The notes under the pieces: generated by a model
The model's database searches: none
Told to the model about the DNA's origin: nothing
The model's input: only the letters and a program-made list of their open reading frames with translations
DNA from: Eledone cirrhosa
Taxonomy: Eukaryota
DNA length: 64,000 nt
Reading direction: 5' to 3'
Assembly (NCBI GenBank): GCA_964016885.1
Contig: OZ024753.1
Span: 41,540,001 to 41,604,000, forward strand
Shown: positions 59,214 to 64,000 of the stretch, one piece after another
How positions within the stretch are numbered: position 1 is the stretch's first letter
Layout of the letters: every line of letters starts with the position of its first letter
Made by a program: the position numbers and the translations under genes

Positions 59214-61537
59214 GAATAGAGTAAAGTTTTTAAAAAAAGAAAATACACAAATCAACAAAATGAATATCTTTTCAGAAACCAATATTATTTAGGAAAGATA
59301 AATCAAAACAAAAGACTTGAAAAAAGAGAACAAACAGTTATTGAGGAGGTCACGGAATGTGTGACGAAAGAACTTTGGCGAACTAACCAATAACTAGTAA
59401 TAAATATAAAGTGAAAATCATATGATGTGTGTGTTACTTTTTATTGGTAATACTGGTAACATGGCCATCCTCAAATATAACAATATATTAATGACTTTGA
59501 CACTAATTATTTGATAGTTACTCTTCCAATATTTTATATTTCTGTGAGAAAAACCTCTATTGTTTGGCTGATATTGTAGAATGAAAAAAATAATATGGCC
59601 GATGGCAAGCAGACGATATCAACCAATCGCATTCATAGTTTGCCAACTTATATTAATAATTTCCTGGAACATCTCTTACGGTTGAACAAATATTTTCTCT
59701 TGCAATATAAACCAAAGACATTGTTTTCCATCAACAATAGTCCAAGAGAGTCCAATTTCTCTGGCTTTACTTTCTCATTGCAAACAACGAACAGTTATCA
59801 TAAATCTGATAACAGTAGTGGCTCTAGAATTGACCTTCCGAAATGAGAATAGGTAAAATAATTCCTGACAGAATCTGACTAGTTTCATAATAAATTGTGT
59901 GTTGAATTGTGACAGTTTTGTACTCATATAGTTTAACTGATATTTGTGCATACATACGTTAGAAATTGTACTCAAAGTCTTCCAGTTACGATATATTACA
60001 GGTTACAACCTCAGAGAAATCGTACTAGCGGTTACGATGGATTCACTATTTAAATATTAGCGGTGGATTGGCAGTATCGGTAGAGGGTCGGCCACCATGC
60101 TTTGGCGCATAGAGTTACGCCCCTTGCCATTCTGAGTTCAAATCGCGCCAAGGTTAACTTTGCCTTTCATCCTTACGGGGTCGATAAAATAAAGTACCAG
60201 TAATGTACTGTGTAATTGCTGGCCTTGTGCCAAAAGTAGAAACAATTATTTTACTTCTTATTATTCTTATTATTAACTCTAGTCTGAATGTGGCGAGAAT
60301 GGCCCGTGTGAGTGGGCCTACTCTGATCATGCGCCTGTAGGTGGGTGAATTTGAGGAAGAGAGGGGTGCCCTTCCCGGGTGCCCTCGAAGCGTCGGGTGG
60401 TTCAGGATTGGTGGGGTACCTGAGTCAACCCTGGGTGGTTATCCCGCCCACCCACCCACCCATATTGAGGAATTTTCGTTGTTGCATTTTTATTGTTATT
60501 TTGTTATTGTTATTAATATTGTTTACACGTTATATATGTGAACCCCCACTGTCCCTTTTTTTGTATTGTCTCCTATATGTCAGCTCTTGTGGCTAATAAA
60601 TGAAATATTATTAACCCTAGTCAGGGCGGGGGATTGGCAGTAATTGGTAGAGCGTCGGACAACATGCTTTGTGGCTTAGAGTTATGGTCCTTTACGTTCC
60701 GAGTTCAAATCCCGCCGAAGTTATTTTTGCCTTTCATCCTTACGGGGAGATCGATAAAATAAAGTACCAGTTATGTACTGGGGGAGATTTATTCGACTTT
60801 CCCCTCCCCCAAAATTGCTGGCCATGTGCCTAAATCAGACACCATTGGCATTATCGGTAGAGGGTCGGACGCCATGCTTTCCAGCATAGTTACGTCCCTT
60901 TACGATCTGAGTTCAAATCCCGCCGAGGTTGACTTTGCCTTTCATCCTTACGAGGTCGATAAAATAAAGTACCAGTAATGCACTGGGATAATTGCTGGCC
61001 TTGTGCCAAAAGTAGAAACAATTATTTATTGAATTCATGTCGAAAATGACTATATTAAAAAAAAAGTAACGAAACAACGAATTTAAAATCTTTACCAAAC
61101 GATCAAATCCCACCGAGGTCAACTTTGCCATTCATCCTTCGGGGTTGATAAAGTACCAGTTAAGTACTGGGGTTGATATAATCGACTTTTCCCTTTCCCC
61201 AAATTGCTGGCCTTGTGCTAATGTTAGTAAAAAAAAAATTATACATGCTCTGTGGAAAGGTATGAATGTCACCTCATCCTAATTCAACCTCCAGCCTTTA
61301 CATATGTAAGGTTCTATGTTAGTGAAAGGATATCAATATATAAATGTAAATTGCAAGTAATGTAGGTGTTACTTACCAAATCTTTGAGTCACGTTCTGCC
61401 ATTGCCAGAGAAAACCCAAACATAGAATCGATCTCCCCTTTAAATATTATTGGAAAATTCGTATCGATGTTAAACGCCAATATCCCAGAGTTCAATATCA
61501 GGAAAAATCCGAGAGGTATGACATCCGATGCCTTCAT
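30494..61537 (-). CDS. Integrin alpha subunit, complete 21-exon gene (~1016 aa, no I-domain, alpha4/alpha9-like architecture)
   Basis: 21 GT-AG exons sum to 3051 nt with all phases compatible. Signal peptide + FNID, FG-GAP repeats, Ca-binding loops [18 protein letters not shown] and DVDKNGFKD, thigh/calf domains, and a TM helix ending in WK. Confidence 0.93.
33510..33702 (-). mobile_element. tRNA-derived SINE, the most abundant family here (>25 copies, both strands)
   Basis: ggcggtggattggcag...gagttcaaatcccgccgaggttaactttgcctttcatcc...ggccttgtgccaaaagtagaaac. Other copies at 78-207, 36693-36886, 38655-38817, 46153-46340, 50003-50190, 53741-53932, 56565-56992, 60060-60248, 60624-61024, 63240-63400. 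Confidence 0.85.
34635..34757 (-). CDS. Integrin alpha exon 20 (transmembrane)
   Basis: [41 protein letters not shown]; cag/gtaagt; phase-0 intron after WK, as in other alpha integrins. Confidence 0.92.
35676..35716 (-). ncRNA. Minimal hammerhead ribozyme, U3-A8 core variant
   Basis: ctt-TTGAAAA-gcagaactgc-GAAA-ccgg-TA-aag, followed by AATAAA. Confidence 0.6.
36279..36371 (-). CDS. Integrin alpha exon 19
   Basis: [31 protein letters not shown]; cag/gtaagt. Confidence 0.8.
36560..36676 (-). CDS. Integrin alpha exon 18
   Basis: [39 protein letters not shown]; tag/gtattg. Confidence 0.9.
37002..37054 (-). ncRNA. Type I hammerhead ribozyme (family A), one arm of a palindrome
   Basis: gagattc-CTGATGA-tttctaaagaat-GAAA-cagttctagtcctg-TA-gaatctc. 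Confidence 0.72.
37364..37564 (-). CDS. Integrin alpha exon 17 (calf-2 loop with poly-Thr)
   Basis: [13 protein letters not shown]...NTTPL(T)11[14 protein letters not shown]...QAVT; cag/gtaaga. Confidence 0.8.
38125..38174 (+). ncRNA. Hammerhead core with degenerate stem I
   Basis: CTGATGA-ggt c accgggtt..aacctggt c act-GAAA-tgtaca-TA; stem I pairs poorly. Confidence 0.4.
38827..39022 (-). CDS. Integrin alpha exon 16 (calf-2)
   Basis: KTASTPVKY...[21 protein letters not shown]...STDIR; cag/gtgagt. Confidence 0.92.
39150..39449 (+). repeat. 120-bp tandem array of SINE 3' halves (2.5 copies)
   Basis: aaagtaccagtaatg recurs at 39151, 39271 and 39391. Confidence 0.85.
40565..40684 (-). mobile_element. 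CRE-like fragment (a further piece lies at 40218-40295)
   Basis: Near-identical to 47799-47914 in reverse; [26 protein letters not shown]. Confidence 0.65.
40706..41163 (-). CDS. Integrin alpha exon 15 (genu and calf-1)
   Basis: [17 protein letters not shown]...VECDIANPL...[10 protein letters not shown]; cag/gtaagt. Confidence 0.95.
41291..41545 (-). mobile_element. 5'-truncated RTE/Expander-like LINE fragment
   Basis: [10 protein letters not shown]...[11 protein letters not shown]...LPPRP with one internal stop, (GAA)n tail, imperfect TSD ggg(c/t)aatttacc. Confidence 0.8.
41751..41802 (-). ncRNA. Type I hammerhead ribozyme (family A)
   Basis: ggcttg-CTGATGA-tttctcccgaat-GAAA-cagttctagtcctg-TA-gaagcc (first stem I pair mismatched). 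Confidence 0.55.
42129..42251 (-). CDS. Integrin alpha exon 14
   Basis: [16 protein letters not shown]...[14 protein letters not shown]; cag/gtaagt. Confidence 0.92.
42899..43197. repeat. AT-rich minisatellite
   Basis: atgatataatataaat units nested in gatctggtggctggatgttaaat higher-order repeats. Confidence 0.85.
43241..43395 (-). CDS. Integrin alpha exon 13
   Basis: [21 protein letters not shown]...KNFTAVLK; tag/gtaagg. Confidence 0.88.
43918..43978 (-). ncRNA. Type I hammerhead ribozyme (minimal, palindromic stem III)
   Basis: tattttat-CTGAAGA-aagcgtact..agtaccctt-GAAA-tacgta-TA-ataaaata; a C3G-mutated copy lies at 57759-57819 (+). Confidence 0.72.
44511..44557 (+). ncRNA. Type I hammerhead ribozyme, U3-A8 core variant
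   Basis: tgcc-TTGAAAA-gtcc..ggac-GAAA-cggctg-TC-ggca, then AATAAA; GUC triplet. Confidence 0.72.
44700..44740 (+). ncRNA. Type I hammerhead ribozyme (minimal)
   Basis: ctgag-CTGAAGA-t cc gcacaa gg t-GAAA-catttg-TT-ctcgg, inside palindrome 44637-44770. Confidence 0.55.
45158..45222 (+). ncRNA. Type I hammerhead ribozyme (minimal); inverted copy at ~45004-45068
   Basis: tattttgt-CTGATGA-aggcatacca..tggtatcctt-GAAA-tatata-TA-atgaaata. Confidence 0.55.
45523..45696 (-). CDS. Integrin alpha exon 12
   Basis: [23 protein letters not shown]...FSNEL (propeller-thigh junction); cag/gtaagt. Confidence 0.92.
46483..46668 (-). CDS. Integrin alpha exon 11
   Basis: [21 protein letters not shown]...[18 protein letters not shown]; cag/gtttgt. 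Confidence 0.95.
46983..47017 (+). ncRNA. Ultra-minimal hammerhead-like motif (second copy ~53385-53420)
   Basis: cct-CCGAAGA-a gagata t tatctc-GAAA-at-TA-agg, inside a ~155-bp repeat (46955-47110 / 53357-53513). Confidence 0.4.
47422..47533 (-). CDS. Integrin alpha exon 10
   Basis: [37 protein letters not shown]; tag/gtaatg. Confidence 0.95.
47591..48143. mobile_element. piggyBac-like MITE containing the CRE-like fragment
   Basis: TTAA-cactttagcatt...aatgcaaatagg-TTAA; related ends at 5150 and 36205-36273. Confidence 0.45.
47674..47927 (+). mobile_element. CRE-like (restriction-like endonuclease) non-LTR retrotransposon 3' fragment
   Basis: KYRSLSDR...[15 protein letters not shown]...[25 protein letters not shown] resembles the CRE C-terminal QRxSxxxQRGNA motif. 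Confidence 0.65.
49421..49561 (-). CDS. Integrin alpha exon 9
   Basis: [29 protein letters not shown]...[11 protein letters not shown]; cag/gtatgt. Confidence 0.95.
50703..50756 (-). CDS. Integrin alpha exon 8
   Basis: [18 protein letters not shown]; cag/gttagt. Confidence 0.88.
50989..51074 (-). CDS. Integrin alpha exon 7
   Basis: [29 protein letters not shown]; cag/gtaagt. Confidence 0.92.
52109..52445. repeat. Inverted repeat enclosing a hammerhead-like motif
   Basis: Arms 52109-52246 and ~52307-52445 are reverse complements. Confidence 0.85.
52247..52289 (+). ncRNA. Minimal hammerhead-like motif (relatives at ~28004, 35383, 59341)
   Basis: gtca-CTGAAGA-g gtcaca gaatg tgtgac-GAAA-gaac-TT-tgac. 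Confidence 0.5.
52994..53074 (-). CDS. Integrin alpha exon 6
   Basis: [27 protein letters not shown]; aag/gtaagt. Confidence 0.85.
53990..54530 (-). mobile_element. Second tRNA-derived SINE family, with internal 4x72-bp tandem duplication
   Basis: tRNA-like head at 54470-54530; repeat unit starts at 54080, 54152, 54224 and 54296; relatives at 31115-31262, 32520-33000, 48170-48440, 62755-63060. Confidence 0.75.
54653..54698 (-). CDS. Integrin alpha exon 5
   Basis: [16 protein letters not shown] (GAP-type motif); tag/gtaaac. Confidence 0.85.
54751..54887. repeat. AT-rich palindrome
   Basis: agtattctacgataaat...catcttaatta / taattaagatg...atttatcgtagaatact. Confidence 0.85.
55393..55557 (-). 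CDS. Integrin alpha exon 4
   Basis: [17 protein letters not shown]...[10 protein letters not shown]; cag/gtaagt. Confidence 0.92.
56093..56184 (-). CDS. Integrin alpha exon 3
   Basis: [30 protein letters not shown]; aag/gtaagt. Confidence 0.85.
57161..57306 (-). CDS. Integrin alpha exon 2
   Basis: [10 protein letters not shown]...GTVQLC...CQNLEF; cag/gtaagt. Confidence 0.92.
57870..59208. repeat. (TA)n/(TATACA)n/(GA)n microsatellite
   Basis: Direct reading. Confidence 0.95.
60285..60605 (+). mobile_element. 5'-truncated LINE 3' end (probably Tx1-like)
   Basis: ORF end [19 protein letters not shown]-rich 3' UTR, AATAAA; 17-bp TSD tattattaac(t/c)ctagtc at 60268-60284 and 60606-60622. Confidence 0.7.
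61377..61537 (-). CDS. Integrin alpha exon 1
   Basis: ATG; [53 protein letters not shown]; donor gtaagt. Confidence 0.92.
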
Positions 61538-61914
61538 GTTATAGTTTTGAAGTTTCCAACGAAATATTTCGTCTGTTTTCTTTTCTTCAAAATTTAAGAG
61601 AGAGAAAATACTTTTCAGAGTTGAAAATTTTTTTTTTTTTTTTTTCTTCTTTTGACGTCGAATAAAATCAGCCGTTATTAAAATTTAACATTAACTGTGG
61701 TAAGACACTCTCAGGTGAGCTGGACAGCAGAAGGTCTTCAGAGAAGAAACCCCCCTTAAGCGAGCGTTTCGGCCCTTAACTGTCTTTATAAAACTTACTA
61801 CGTGAAAACATATTGAATAGTTTTTAAAAAAAAGGGAGAGCAGCAACTACCGGATGTAATAACACCCTTGAAGTTTCTCTTAGCGGGTTAACTTCTATTG
61901 TTGACATGACGACT

Positions 61915-61973
61915 GTAGTAGTAGTAGTAATAGTAGTAGTAGTAGTAGCAGCAGCAACAGCAGTAGTAGTAGC

Positions 61974-62005
<32 letters not shown>

Positions 62006-62056
62006 CAGTAGCAGCAGTAGCAGTAGTAGTCGTAGTAGTAATAGTAGTAGTAGTAA

Positions 62057-62142
<86 letters not shown>

Positions 62143-62202
62143 ACAGCAGCAGTAGTAGTAGCAGCAGTAGTAGTAGTAGTAAGTAGTAACAGCAGCAGCA
62201 GC

Positions 62203-62281
<79 letters not shown>

Positions 62282-62316
62282 ACAGCAGCAGTAGTAGTAG
62301 CTGCAGTAAAAGTAGC

Positions 62317-62395
<79 letters not shown>

Positions 62396-62423
62396 ACAGC
62401 AGCAGTAGTAGTAGCAGCAGTAA

Positions 62424-62497
<74 letters not shown>

Positions 62498-62508
62498 ACA
62501 GCAGCAGC

Positions 62509-62567
<59 letters not shown>

Positions 62568-62617
62568 TAACAGCAGCAGTAGTAGTAGCAGCAGTAGTAG
62601 TAGTAGTAGTAGTAGTA
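61915..62617. repeat. (GTA)n/(GCA)n trinucleotide array upstream of the integrin start
   Basis: Direct reading. Confidence 0.95.
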
Positions 62618-64000
62618 CTTAAGTAAATAACTCTAACAAAGTCGTGTGAACTGTCATATTTGACTGCAGAGTAAAGTGCTTAAGTTATCGACAAGGAAGT
62701 TTTCTGTAAAAGTACTTATCTCCCTTTCCTCCACTCCATCCCTACTAGGAAGGCACGTAACGTAGAAATTAAGGGGCTGGGCTCACAATCGTAAGATCGT
62801 GAGTTCGATTACTCGACAGGGGTTAACTCCTTGTGTCCTTCAACAAGACACTTTATTTCACTTTGCTTCAGTCTACTCAACTGGCAAAGAAAGAAATTAG
62901 TTGCTCCTGTAATTAAGGAACCAGCCATGTCACACATTTTGTCACACTGAATCTCCCTGAGAGCCACGTTAAGCGTGCTGTATGTTAATTCCACGAGCAA
63001 GTAGTTCCGTTGGTTGGATCAGCTTGAACACTCGTCGTCGTAAACGACGGACATCCAACACGTATCTCCCTTGATAAGACTTTAAAATATCATTGAAATT
63101 GGGGCTTTATGTTGTTGTTGTTGTTTTAATAAAATATTTTATTAAATCATGTAACTGCAATGCGAGGAGTTGTGACCGGTAGATAGTATCATAACTGAAA
63201 AGACCAATAGAACCATTGTTTCCTTTGTCCGATTTAACTAGGCATAGAGTTACGGCCCTTTACGTTCTAAGTTCTGTCGAGGTTAGCGTTGCTTTTCACC
63301 CTAACAGGGTTGAGATAATAAAGTACCAGTAATGCACTGGGATTCATTTGATCCATTTCCCCTCCCCAAAGTGTTGGCTTTGTGCCTAAATCAGAAACCA
63401 TTATTAAGGGAACCTAACTTAACACAAGTTCTTACATAAAATTATGGAGGAAGTTTTCTAGATAAATATATACATTTTTTTTAAAACAAACAACTTTGTA
63501 TCACAGAACCAGGGACAGTTTCAATATGTTTGATAAAGTGAGAAACTCTGGCACTATGACATCAGTGGTGGGTAAGCGAAGTAAAACTGCGGGAACCGGA
63601 AATAGAAACTGGCTCTCGGACCTTTTTTTACATTTCTGGGAGTTTTTCCTATTAACATACGGTGTCCGTCATAAGCTTTGAAAAGAAAAAAGAACGTACA
63701 CACATTCAGGCACTTATAAATGTTTCATATGTTTCCGCTTAGAAATATTTCAAGTTATTAACCCTTTGGTTCAACATTCCGTTGACTAATGAAATCGGTT
63801 CTTATATCGTTATAGTAAACATCCGACCGGATGCAAGGAATAAGGACAAAACTTATCGACTACTCGCAGCCATGCCTCGCCCTTTATAAGAACTTCTTGA
63901 AAACAGGGGAAAAAATCTAACATATTTATCCGATAACTTCAATTACTTCTAAACTGTCTCCAGCATTTTTGTTGTAAGAAAATATATTTTATCTTCACCG

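Noticed and set aside
59560-59990. Possible degraded CR1/L2 reverse transcriptase on the minus strand (SILEPLL resembling QGSILGPLL)
   Set aside because: Only one weak motif, with stops and frameshifts; needs a blastx search.
61785-61790. TATAAA on the minus strand about 250 bp upstream of the integrin ATG
   Set aside because: Too common in AT-rich DNA to call a promoter without TSS data.
61906-62622. 238-aa poly-Val/poly-Ser ORF
   Set aside because: Translation of the (GTA)n repeat, with no splice or domain evidence.

Overview
AT-rich, microsatellite-dense animal genomic DNA. The SINE and LINE repertoire resembles an octopus/cephalopod genome, which is an inference from recalled repeat families. 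Two convergent spliced genes were reconstructed by hand. On the + strand are the last three coding exons of a class B (secretin/PTH-receptor-like) GPCR (4963-18338). On the - strand is a complete 21-exon, phase-consistent integrin alpha gene (61537-30494, about 1016 aa, no I-domain) whose cytoplasmic tail lacks the GFFKR motif. Mobile DNA includes a Tx1/L1-clade LINE in the last GPCR intron (cut by a 200-N gap), an apparently full-length intact RTE LINE with three C-terminal C2H2 zinc fingers, truncated RTE/Tx1/CRE fragments, MITEs and dozens of SINEs. The most striking signal absent from the ORF track is a set of at least 12 short elements from several families, embedded in (TA)n. They carry minimal type I hammerhead ribozyme folds (CUGANGA...GAAA, covarying stems, palindromic stem III, two U3-A8 core variants), and many are folded back into long palindromes. 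They are most likely Penelope-like pLTR or retrozyme-type mini-elements. Most listed YIYI-type ORFs are microsatellite artefacts.
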